From: Bacteroidales bacterium
GTDB taxonomy: Bacteria > Bacteroidota > Bacteroidia > Bacteroidales > GCA-2748055
Assembly (NCBI GenBank): GCA_021740585.1
Contig: JAIOZM010000005.1
Coordinates: 5,642 to 69,641 of the forward strand
Length of the DNA stretch: 64,000 nt
Reading direction: 5' to 3'
The translations under genes were made by a program, and so were the position numbers. Under the pieces are notes generated by a model. It saw nothing but the letters and a program-made list of their open reading frames with translations. It did not search any database and had not been told where the DNA came from. Of this stretch, positions 52,871 to 61,295 are shown one piece after another (the first letter of the stretch is position 1; each line of letters starts with the position of its first letter).

Positions 52871-54010
52871 TCAGCAAAGAAATTCCAGAAAATTATCTTT
52901 ATCTATTAGCTTAAATTCAGAATCGGGATAAGTAGTTAACCATAGTTTAGGAGCTTTTTGTTTTCCGGAGCTCCATTTGAATTCATAAGCAAAAATATTT
53001 CCATCCCGCTCCTCAATCAAATCAATTTCTTTTTGATCGTAAGTACGCCAGAAAAATTCATTTGCATATATTTTTTTATAGTGCCTTGTTTTAAGCCTTT
53101 CAGAAAAGAGAAAATTTTCCCAGAGAAGGCCTTTATCATTACGCATGTTAAGCGGATTGAAATTGTTGATAATAGAATTCCTCACTCCGTTATCCCAGAA
53201 ATAATATCGATGTGTTTTCGTGATTTCTTTCCTCAGATTTCTTGAAAAGCCCTGTGATTTTTTAATAATGAATACTTTTTCGAGCAAATCAAGGTACCTT
53301 TCCACCGTTTGCTTTGCGATGCCCAATTGTTTACTTAATTCATTAAGAGATACTTCATTGCCTATCTGATAGGCCAGAAGTCGTAACAAATCAAAAAGCT
53401 TAGATGGATTTCTGATATTATCCAATTCCAATATATCTTTAAGCAAAAAGGAGTTTCGAAGATTTATCAGGTAATCTATTCTTTTTTTATTGTTCTCAGC
53501 CGTAACAACTTCAGGATAGTTTCCATAAATCAACATGGTATCCAGCCGATTCAATATTTCCAATCTTCCATACTGATTTTCCAATTCAAGAATGGAAAGA
53601 GGGTATAATGTGTTGACAGTCTGCCGACCGGTAAGCGGTTCACCTATCTTATTTGACAGATCGAATGAGGAAGAACCACTTAAAATTACCATAGAACCAG
53701 GAAGGTGATCGACAATAAGTTTTATGGCTTCACCGATATTTCTGATCTTTTGAGCCTCATCTATAAATATTAAGCTGTAATTGTCTAAGGCACTCTTTAT
53801 TAGGGATAATCTTAGGGAATTTAACAGCTCCTGAAGATCAAAATCGTTTCCATCACCTTTAAAAACATTCTCCCGTTCGCTGATCATTTTCTTTATCAGA
53901 GAAGTCTTACCGACCTGCCTTGCACCTAGCAATACCATTACTTTTCCCTCCTGAAGCATACTTGCAAAAAGGGACTCATAATACCTCCGGATCCAGTTCA
54001 GATTATTCAT
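52871..54010 (-). CDS. AAA_14 ATPase with C-terminal DUF4143 (PD-(D/E)xK-like) domain
   Basis: Walker A GARQVGKTS, Walker B IFIDEAQ, SGSSS, EPLTGR, YFWDNGVRN and FWRTYDQKEIDLI..AYEFKW; start at ATG 54010. Confidence 0.92.
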   Translation of the reverse strand: MNNLNWIRRYYESLFASMLQEGKVMVLLGARQVGKTSLIKKMISERENVFKGDGNDFDLQELLNSLRLSLIKSALDNYSLIFIDEAQKIRNIGEAIKLIVDHLPGSMVILSGSSSFDLSNKIGEPLTGRQTVNTLYPLSILELENQYGRLEILNRLDTMLIYGNYPEVVTAENNKKRIDYLINLRNSFLLKDILELDNIRNPSKLFDLLRLLAYQIGNEVSLNELSKQLGIAKQTVERYLDLLEKVFIIKKSQGFSRNLRKEITKTHRYYFWDNGVRNSIINNFNPLNMRNDKGLLWENFLFSERLKTRHYKKIYANEFFWRTYDQKEIDLIEERDGNIFAYEFKWSSGKQKAPKLWLTTYPDSEFKLIDKDNFLEFLC

Positions 54011-54223
54011 AATTCTAAATATAGACAACAAACTTAACAAATTAATATAAATATAGCAAGTATATGGGCCAAATAAAACATTGTAATTATTCAGGCATAA
54101 TCCTACAGGGTGGGGATGGAATTCATGTGCCAGCTTTTTTCTGAATAATCGAAATATATAGCATCTGAAAAATCCACAAGAATTTTTCCATTCTGTAATA
54201 CTCCCCACCCGCAAACTTCCCTA

Positions 54224-54290
54224 TGACACAATTACGTTCAATTTTGACACAATACCGTTCGACATTGGTTAGGATAGCTGGTAATTTTAT
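54224..54290 (+). promoter_or_regulatory. Second copy of the HTCS operator/promoter
   Basis: TGACACAATTACGTTC (54224) and TGACACAATACCGTTC (54245), then GACATTGGTT-N10-GTAATTTTA; same spacing as 45545-45610. Confidence 0.8.
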
Positions 54291-54303
54291 CCAAAATATC
54301 ACT

Positions 54304-54509
54304 ATCAGCTTTAACCTGCAACAGAAAACCAATGTAAGGTGAGCATCTACAACCCTCTCGGACAAGAAGAAAGGGTATTACTTAATGAAGAAATGCTTCC
54401 CGGCGCACAGGAAGTGAGCTTTAATGTAGCTGAATTAACGAAAGGTTTGTATATAGTTAAAATACTAACTGACAGGAATACAAGTGCTAAGCTTATAGTA
54501 AAAGAGTAG
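54304..54509 (+). pseudogene. Orphan T9SS CTD remnant, copy of 52480-52686
   Basis: 9 substitutions and 1 deletion over ~206 nt vs the beta-helix gene 3' end; similarity continues ~35 nt past the stop. Confidence 0.9.
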
Positions 54510-54581
54510 TTTAGTATTTGTGGTTTTTCTTTTCTTTTTTCTTTGTAACTGGTTCAGCACTGGGGTTATTGGGGCATCTTA

Positions 54582-54745
54582 TTCCACGGGTTAATCCCGA
54601 TAGCCATCTGGACCGCGGCTAATCAATTGTTACCACTCCGTGGTAAATATCCACACCATTCTTTGGGCCTTCGGCCCTTCGGCAAGCTCAGGGATCTCAG
54701 GCTCAGGGACCTCAGGCTCAGGAACCTCACACCATCCTTCGGCAT
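54582..54745. repeat. Cluster of REP-like elements
   Basis: ccacggg..tcccgatagccatctgga..ccgcggctaatc..ccactccgtgg; cccttcggcaagctcagg plus three 15-mer units gctcaggRaYctcaS. Confidence 0.7.
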
Positions 54746-54870
54746 AAGATACAGAAATTTTTCCGCTAGGTATTTTTATAGTAGCCGAGCCAGATTTCTG
54801 TTGCAGTTTTGTGATTTATCTCAAGCCAGGCTCGCCATTCTTCCCGGTCTATGAAAAGTTGAAAGTCCAT
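54737..54870 (-). pseudogene. Truncated, frameshifted ydeI-like 5' fragment (contains the right 86-bp repeat, 54785-54870)
   Basis: Reads MDFQLFIDREEWRAWLEINHKTATEIWLGYYKNT*. After removing one A it continues IPSGKISVSYAEG, vs KNSGKASVTYDEA in the intact gene. Confidence 0.88.
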
Positions 54871-54923
54871 AAATGCTTTTTTATAATGCAAAATACAAAA
54901 AAGTATTTATTTCGTCGTTATAC

Positions 54924-55787
54924 TTAAAAACCTTTCCCAATCCGAATATTAAAAGAAGGCAAAACATCATATTGGGATCCAATATTTGAATACCAATCCA
55001 TCATAGGACCTACATCTAGTGTAAACCTTATATTTTTATTGTTGATATAATCCAGTCCGAATGGGAAGTAAGTTTGCCACGATTCTCCTATAAATACAAA
55101 AGCAAAATAGTTATGGCTTACTCCTGTATGGAAGTTTATGCTGTTCTTTTTAAGCTTTAAAGGATAAATTTTTGTACCTAATCCTGCGCTTATAATTCCA
55201 AGTCCGGCCTCCACACCTATATAATTATTTAAAATACGTTCATATGTAAAACCGGCAACAGGGGTGGTTGCGCCAATGGAAAGAGAAACATAATTCTTTT
55301 TCTCAAGTTCTAAGCTTTTGTCCTCAGATCCGAATTCCTGTCCAAAGCGATATCCGATCTTCCCGCCAAACCAAGGTGAGGGCATGGGCTCAATGGCTTC
55401 TGAATACATGATGCCGGCATCGAAGCTATACTGAAAATTATTTTTTGACACATAAGATATTCCGAGTGGCAAATAAAACATGGCGTTCGGAGTATCATAA
55501 TAAATCATAAAATTGGGTTGGGTATAGTAGTTAAATCTTCGGGTACCTGGATCAGATAAGTAATATCGAACTCCAAGTCCACCGGAAAATATGCCGGCAC
55601 CAACCTCAAGAGAAATTCTTTGGGTAATCATTTGATCGAGGGATAAACCTACCGGCCATTGGGGTGCACCCAATAGTCCTATTGAAATACCGTTTGTTTT
55701 ATACGACAGGCTGCTGCTTTGGTCAGGCTGGGCATTTGATTTTAGAGCAATAATGATGAGCAGAGCAAATAATGAAATGTTTTTCAT
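54924..55787 (-). CDS. Putative outer-membrane protein with two tandem beta-barrel-like repeats
   Basis: Signal peptide; ISLEVGAGIFSGGLGVRYY vs IGVEAGLGIISAGLGTKIY; halves end KIGYRF and RIGKGF. Confidence 0.7.
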   Translation of the reverse strand: MKNISLFALLIIIALKSNAQPDQSSSLSYKTNGISIGLLGAPQWPVGLSLDQMITQRISLEVGAGIFSGGLGVRYYLSDPGTRRFNYYTQPNFMIYYDTPNAMFYLPLGISYVSKNNFQYSFDAGIMYSEAIEPMPSPWFGGKIGYRFGQEFGSEDKSLELEKKNYVSLSIGATTPVAGFTYERILNNYIGVEAGLGIISAGLGTKIYPLKLKKNSINFHTGVSHNYFAFVFIGESWQTYFPFGLDYINNKNIRFTLDVGPMMDWYSNIGSQYDVLPSFNIRIGKGF

Positions 55788-56186
55788 GTTTTTTTTTGAT
55801 TTAAAGATTTGCCCAGGGATTTGATTTTTCAAATGGCTACAAAGCAATCGGATGTTAAAACGCACAGTCTTACAATAAGTTCATTTTATTTAAAGATTAA
55901 CTAATTAGAACTATAAGGGGGGGATATATGTGTTTACAGATTAAAGCTTATTGAATGTTTTTCAATTTAAAGAGTATATGTACGATAAACTTCCTTTTTT
56001 AGGTCAGTCATCTTTTTGTTTGATCTAAGAATTTAGTAGTCAGAAAAATATAATTACTCTAAATTTTGAACTAATTGCATCATCTACGGTTATTATGAAT
56101 GATAGTGTCGAAATAGTTATTATTCAGACAGCTAACTGAGCATAGTTTGTTCAGGTATTTATTATTAAATTAAAAAAACAACAATT

Positions 56187-56690
56187 ATGAAAAACTTACT
56201 ATTTATTGCTGCCGTTGGACTTCTTGTTTCATGTAATTCACCAGAGACTGAATCAGTAGCAGTTGACAGATCGATTGGCTTTAATACTCAATTACCTGAA
56301 TTAAAATGGCAGCTTGGTACTGAAGATGCTGTTCAATTGGTAAAAGATCTCGACAAATTGTGGGCGGCTGAAAATTATGAGGCCATGCGACCATTCCTTT
56401 CTGATACGGCAGAGTGTTATTTTGAAGATGGCAGGGTTGCAAAATCAGGAGATGAGTTTATTAAAATTCTATCGGAAGATGATGAAGGTGAAGATGTTTC
56501 CTGGACCTTTGATTATGCCTTTTCTGTTGATCTGGATCCAAGCAGAGGTGGAGAGCATGTTCAGGCCGGATTCACCGGTACTGAAGTAAAAGAAGGCCTT
56601 ACAACCAAAAAACGTTATCATGAATCATACTATATAGTTGATGGTAAAATAGTAATGTGGAGTCAGTATTCCATGGACATCAAAGAGTAA
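56187..56690 (+). CDS. Lipoprotein, possible NTF2/SnoaL-like fold
   Basis: Lipobox LLVSC; ENYEAMRPFLSDTA; HESYYIVDGKIV. Confidence 0.65.
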   Translation: MKNLLFIAAVGLLVSCNSPETESVAVDRSIGFNTQLPELKWQLGTEDAVQLVKDLDKLWAAENYEAMRPFLSDTAECYFEDGRVAKSGDEFIKILSEDDEGEDVSWTFDYAFSVDLDPSRGGEHVQAGFTGTEVKEGLTTKKRYHESYYIVDGKIVMWSQYSMDIKE

Positions 56691-56706
56691 AAGTAATTAC
56701 AGGATT

Positions 56707-56760
56707 TAGGCTGTCTTGATTTATAAGGTATTTATAATTTGAGGCAGCTTATTTTTTTCT
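56707..56760 (+). terminator. Probable rho-independent terminator
   Basis: taggctgtctt ... gaggcagctta stem followed by a T tract. Confidence 0.55.
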
Positions 56761-56841
56761 TTAGTTTTTCTGAAACCTTAATGCTCATAAAAAGCCAGTA
56801 TTAATATTTTGGCTATGTAAAAAAAATATTTATGCTAATAA

Positions 56842-59508
56842 CTATTGAGCTTTTATTAGTTTTACATATCCGACTTTAACACCATTTTGTCCCATAAATA
56901 ATGAGTAAACCCCGGGATCAAGTTTCTCGTTGATATTCCAATCCAAATAGCCTTCTTCGGTTTGATTATTAACAATTTCCTTTTTTTCAATCAGCCGTCC
57001 CTGCATATCGTAAATTGAAAATTCAACAGGAGAAAGATCGCAAAGTGAATATTTAAGTTTGAAGTTGCCGTTAATTGGATTTGGGAGGATCATTATCGAA
57101 TTGGTTTTGGTTGATTCGTTATCAAGGATAGAGGTCACATCAACTTTCTCAAATTCCATCCAGTTAAAATTCCATCCCCCTGATAAAACATAAAATCTAA
57201 GTATTTGTGTTCCCTCGGCCAATACTATTATATTTGAAATAGTAGTCCACGATTGCAGCCCTCCTGTTGCATCAACTGTATTGGCTGAAAGTACAGCCTG
57301 GGTTGGTTTTCTTATCTCAAATTTCCCGCCTCCTGTGCTGCTGGCAACTCTGAAGCTAAGCCTGTAGCTCCCGGATTCCTTAACAGACACTGTGTATTCA
57401 AATCTGTCGCCAGCATCGAGAGAAGTTAAATTCAGGCCTCCCAACGAATCGCTCGTTACCTGTGTCTCTATACCTGTCATTGCAGAGAATTCTTCTGCTT
57501 CAATTTTTCCGGGAATTTTAAAAACCTGATAATAGCTGAATAGATTTGTTTGCTCTGTGGTGAGGCCGTAACTATCATAGGCCAATATACTTACCGAATG
57601 TGTGCCGAATGAAAGCGAATCTAATGCCCATTCAAATGAACCACTTGTAATTTCTCCAATAAAGTGGGCGTTGAGGTATAGCTCTACTTTTGAAATACCA
57701 TCGGAATCGGTTGCAGTGCCTTTTACAATTACAGGTGAAGCGGAGCCTGCTGTTGAACCGTTTGTTGGGCTGGTAATTTTAATTACCGGTGGATTATTTG
57801 CACTTGTTTGCACATCAAAATCCACATCTGAACTATCGCCCATAACAGCATCGATTCCTGCTAATAATGCTGTAAGAGGGGAGTTCCAATTAATGCAAAC
57901 CTCATTTGAGGCATAACTGCCTTCCACATCAACATAACATTTTGCAGGTGCATCAAAAGGGTAAAAGGAGTTATCCTGCTTCCCGCCATTTGGACCTCCT
58001 GCCACAAAACCCGGTACAGGCTGAATAATTCCGTCTGCGCCTGAGGCCCGATGATGAAAATTCATTGGGGTTTTATATCCGTAGGAAGATACAAAAGAAA
58101 ACCCGGTAGCATTTTTTCCAAGAATATAATCCGCACATTCGGCAGCTCCTTTAATGTATTTTATATCCTTGGTAAGGAGATAAGCATAAAGCAATCCGAC
58201 ACCATTATTTGCAATCCCGCTGTTCGATCCCCAATTAAAGCTAAAATTAGGTATTCTGCACGGACTTACGTTTATCTGGCTTAGCCAATTATCTGATGTA
58301 GTGATAATTGAGTTTTTAATAGTTGTTTTCAGAGATTCCGATAAGCCATTTTCCTGTGTAGCCAGTGAAAGGGATGCCAAAGGTTGAACATTAGGCCATC
58401 CCGGTGCGCTCAAATATCTGAGAGCGGTGCTTTTGCTTTCAAGGTAAGTTTTGTATTCTGCTTCATCAGTACTTATGAACAATTCGGCAGCTGCCCAGAT
58501 AAATTCATCTGTTACATTTCCGTCACCGTATTCACCGGTGGAAACATCGGAAGGATTTTTGAAATAAATTGCAGGATTCGATTTAGCCCAACTCCAGGCA
58601 TTTTTTGCCCGCAAAATGCAGTCTGCAGCATAATCAGTATCATAATCCTTGTAAATCCTTCCGGCCATCGCCATCATTGCGGCAAAATCGAGAGTGGAAG
58701 CAGTTGATTTCCCAATTACATACCGAACTCCGGTAGCTGCAGCCGGCATAATAAATCCGGTAAAATTTAGTGTAGTGAGTTTAACAAAAACACCACCATC
58801 CTCATCCTGCATGGTTTTAAGCCAGTCGAGCTCATATTTCACTTCATCCAAAAGATCGTTTATGCCATTTCCCGATTCAGGAATGCTAAGAATACTATCT
58901 TCAAAAAAGTCGCCGAAGTTTTCGTAAAAGGATAGTAAAGTGGCCACGGAGATTCCCGCATTCACCACATATTTCCCAAAGTCACCTGCATCGTACCACC
59001 CTCCCGGAGATGACATGCTGCCTGTTTTACCTGAGGAGGTATGCATCTGGCAATTGGTGTCAGGATGTCCGGCAGCTCTCGCCCACAGACCTGCATAATC
59101 GTGAGTAAGTTCGTATGAAGCCCGTTGGTAGTAAAAGGATTTTAATGAAGCATAAGCAGGTTTGCGCATTACTGTATTTGAAATCTCAAAAGGGTAGGAC
59201 TCTCCAAAACCCTGGATTCGGATCTGGTAGGTCCCTGTTTTTGTCAGGGTGGAAAAGTCACATAGTTTTACACTGTCGCCCGCATTACTCCAGTAAATCT
59301 TTGGACCTAGGTTTCCGGAATATTCAACGCTGCTATCAGCTGTATTTATTACTTCGAAAGTGCTGGCATCTGTAAAAACAACCACAGCAAATTTATTCGC
59401 CGAAGGATAATATCCCAGTTGATTAATTCTAATGCCTCCGGTTTGGGCATAAATATTCGACAAGCCAAAAAGCAATGCAATGAAAAAATAGCTTTTAAAT
59501 AATTTCAT
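56842..59508 (-). CDS. GH9 endoglucanase (CelD-type Ig + GH9 + Ig-like + CBM6 + T9SS CTD)
   Basis: IRINQLGYYP, FYYQRAS, GGWYDAGDFGKY, HHRASGAD, YASNEVCINWN, GKIEAEEF and ILPNP. Confidence 0.93.
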   Translation of the reverse strand: MKLFKSYFFIALLFGLSNIYAQTGGIRINQLGYYPSANKFAVVVFTDASTFEVINTADSSVEYSGNLGPKIYWSNAGDSVKLCDFSTLTKTGTYQIRIQGFGESYPFEISNTVMRKPAYASLKSFYYQRASYELTHDYAGLWARAAGHPDTNCQMHTSSGKTGSMSSPGGWYDAGDFGKYVVNAGISVATLLSFYENFGDFFEDSILSIPESGNGINDLLDEVKYELDWLKTMQDEDGGVFVKLTTLNFTGFIMPAAATGVRYVIGKSTASTLDFAAMMAMAGRIYKDYDTDYAADCILRAKNAWSWAKSNPAIYFKNPSDVSTGEYGDGNVTDEFIWAAAELFISTDEAEYKTYLESKSTALRYLSAPGWPNVQPLASLSLATQENGLSESLKTTIKNSIITTSDNWLSQINVSPCRIPNFSFNWGSNSGIANNGVGLLYAYLLTKDIKYIKGAAECADYILGKNATGFSFVSSYGYKTPMNFHHRASGADGIIQPVPGFVAGGPNGGKQDNSFYPFDAPAKCYVDVEGSYASNEVCINWNSPLTALLAGIDAVMGDSSDVDFDVQTSANNPPVIKITSPTNGSTAGSASPVIVKGTATDSDGISKVELYLNAHFIGEITSGSFEWALDSLSFGTHSVSILAYDSYGLTTEQTNLFSYYQVFKIPGKIEAEEFSAMTGIETQVTSDSLGGLNLTSLDAGDRFEYTVSVKESGSYRLSFRVASSTGGGKFEIRKPTQAVLSANTVDATGGLQSWTTISNIIVLAEGTQILRFYVLSGGWNFNWMEFEKVDVTSILDNESTKTNSIMILPNPINGNFKLKYSLCDLSPVEFSIYDMQGRLIEKKEIVNNQTEEGYLDWNINEKLDPGVYSLFMGQNGVKVGYVKLIKAQ

Positions 59509-59607
59509 ATTCAGGGTTTTAAATAGATAAATTATAGAATCTAGATCAGGCTAAGATAAGAAAAAACAGCTTTATTGAATTTTAGCCGTTAAAGTATGCT
59601 CCCACCG

Positions 59608-59657
59608 CCACACCATCCTTCCGCCCTTCGGCAAGCTCAGGAACCGCCACACCGTCC
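59608..59657. repeat. REP-like composite element at the tRNA-Thr 3' end
   Basis: ccacaccatcc..cccttcggcaagctcaggaaccgccacaccgtcc, similar to 54651-54737. Confidence 0.75.
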
Positions 59658-59660
59658 AAG

Positions 59661-59733
59661 AGCCTCTCATGGGACTCGAACCCACGACCTGCTCATTACG
59701 AATGAGCTGCTCTGCCAGCTGAGCTAAAGAGGC
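59661..59733 (-). tRNA. tRNA-Thr (anticodon CGT), CCA not encoded
   Basis: GCCTCTTTAGCTCAGCTGGCAGAGCA GCTCA-TTCGTAA-TGAGC AGGTCGTGGGTTCGAGTCCCATGAGAGGCT folds into a 73-nt cloverleaf. Confidence 0.97.
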
Positions 59734-59752
59734 ATTTTTTATCTTTATACCT

Positions 59753-61288
59753 TTATCTTGTATCTTCCAAAATAAACTTTCCTGTACCAAGAATTTCATT
59801 CCGGATTTTGACCTGGTAAAGATACATTCCTGGTATCAATTCCGGAAGAGAAATTTCTGCTTTTATTTTGCCCGATTCCATTTGGAAAAAATCTTTCCGA
59901 ATGATGATTCTTCCACTTAAATCAAGAATGTTAATACTATAGTCAGATTGCGAATCGGAGGAAAATTCTATATAAATATTTTCTGAAGCGGGGTTGGGGA
60001 AACAGCGGCTTTTTTCCCGATCAGTTTCCCGATAATTTACAGTTTCAGGATTTCCATAATCTGTTTCAAAGCAGCCAAGATCCGGGGCCAGCCCATTAAA
60101 AAACAGACCCAAATCAACACCGGCATCTATCAGATCGCTTCCTTCAGTAATATGCATATAGCTAATATTGGGTAAGCTGCCATCGGGATTTCTGGCTCCA
60201 TAGGCTTCAATTGCATTTATGCTTATGAAGTCATCTTCACTTACTAAATAGGGAGGCAACCAGCTGTTATTTACCTGAATGGCAAAATCAGCAATGTTTC
60301 CTGCATCACCCAATGCCAGACAGTTTTTTATGATCAGTTCATTCCCTTCAGCCAGGGTTTTATATATGACATAATTACCACCTAAGTTGTTATAACCGGT
60401 ACAATTATAAAGTTTCATCGATCCCATATTACTGTTCTGGTCGAAGCCCTTGGCTTTATTATTAAAAGCAAGGCAATTCGTCAGGGTATAATGATGACTC
60501 AGGGTTTTATCATCACTTCCTCCCATTTTAAAACCATTCCCATTGGCTTGGGCTCCCGGATCACTGCCGTCTTCGAGGTAACCGTTTTCAAAAGCCCAGC
60601 AATTTTCGAGAATGGTCGAGGCATTGTTAGCATCTCTCATGTATCCATCCCAGCCGTCGTCGCAATTTTTCCACGCCCGGCATCCATAGAAATAATTCTC
60701 CACACCAACATTTAATTTAGCCGCAAATCCGTCTGCATCGCCGTAATCTGTAGGATCTGCATTTAAATAGGAGTCGCAATTTATCACCTCATTGTAGGAA
60801 GCTCCGTTTCCCATTTGAACTCCGGAATCCCGGTTTCGGTAAAAGGCGCAATTTACAATGCTATTATAGTTTCCGCCTTCTATTTTCAATCCGTTGTCAC
60901 CGGCTCCATAAACATCAAAACCTTCGATATGCCAATAATTACCGGTAAGTAAAATACCTCTGTTTGAACCTCCCATTGTCTGGGCAGTAAAATTGAGCTT
61001 TGCCCTTTCTCCGGGAAAAGCGATTAGATGAAAATAGTTTTCTGCAGACCCATTTTTGCTTATCAGGATAGTTGAGGTCAGGCTGTAAATCCCTCCTCTT
61101 ACATACATGGTATCACCGGCTATAGATACGTCAACTGCTTTTTTAATGCTTTGAAAAGGGAGACTAAAACTTCCGGGATTGCTGTCGCTTCCCTGAGGGG
61201 ATACGAAATATGTATTGGCTGAAAGTTTTATTATAAGCATTATACTTATAATAAATGTAGCCGAGATCCTAATGAGTAATTTCTTCAT
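59753..61288 (-). CDS. Polysaccharide lyase family 9 (pectate lyase L-like) with T9SS CTD
   Basis: YFVSPQGSDSNPG, DADGFAAK, NCDDGWD, NGNGFKMGG, KGFDQN and CFPNPA CTD. Confidence 0.9.
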   Translation of the reverse strand: MKKLLIRISATFIISIMLIIKLSANTYFVSPQGSDSNPGSFSLPFQSIKKAVDVSIAGDTMYVRGGIYSLTSTILISKNGSAENYFHLIAFPGERAKLNFTAQTMGGSNRGILLTGNYWHIEGFDVYGAGDNGLKIEGGNYNSIVNCAFYRNRDSGVQMGNGASYNEVINCDSYLNADPTDYGDADGFAAKLNVGVENYFYGCRAWKNCDDGWDGYMRDANNASTILENCWAFENGYLEDGSDPGAQANGNGFKMGGSDDKTLSHHYTLTNCLAFNNKAKGFDQNSNMGSMKLYNCTGYNNLGGNYVIYKTLAEGNELIIKNCLALGDAGNIADFAIQVNNSWLPPYLVSEDDFISINAIEAYGARNPDGSLPNISYMHITEGSDLIDAGVDLGLFFNGLAPDLGCFETDYGNPETVNYRETDREKSRCFPNPASENIYIEFSSDSQSDYSINILDLSGRIIIRKDFFQMESGKIKAEISLPELIPGMYLYQVKIRNEILGTGKFILEDTR

Positions 61289-61295
61289 TGAGGAA

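Larger units (their letters stand above)
39989..54870. mobile_element. Putative genomic island bounded by ydeI-derived direct repeats (no integrase seen)
   Basis: Direct repeats 14,796 bp apart; cargo includes a TA pair, an AAA ATPase, an HTCS and duplicated remnants. Confidence 0.55.

Noticed and set aside
54011-54214. 68-aa N-terminal extension of the AAA ATPase in the ORF track
   Set aside because: It reads like intergenic sequence; the family-typical start is ATG 54010, shortly before Walker A.
52480-54545. Diversity-generating retroelement (VR/TR pair) at the beta-helix gene 3' end
   Set aside because: Only 4 of 9 substitutions have A in the putative template and there is an indel. The region is a sorting domain, and no reverse transcriptase is in the window.
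54686-54730. Mini-CRISPR or coding ORF 54627-54854
   Set aside because: These are contiguous 15-mers without spacers; the ORF (LRDLRLRDLRLRNL) is just translated repeat.
59661-59690. tRNA-anchored prophage or ICE att site
   Set aside because: No duplicate of the tRNA 3' end and no integrase were seen in the window.
59572-59799. 75-aa ORF
   Set aside because: It overlaps the tRNA-Thr and the REP element; spurious.
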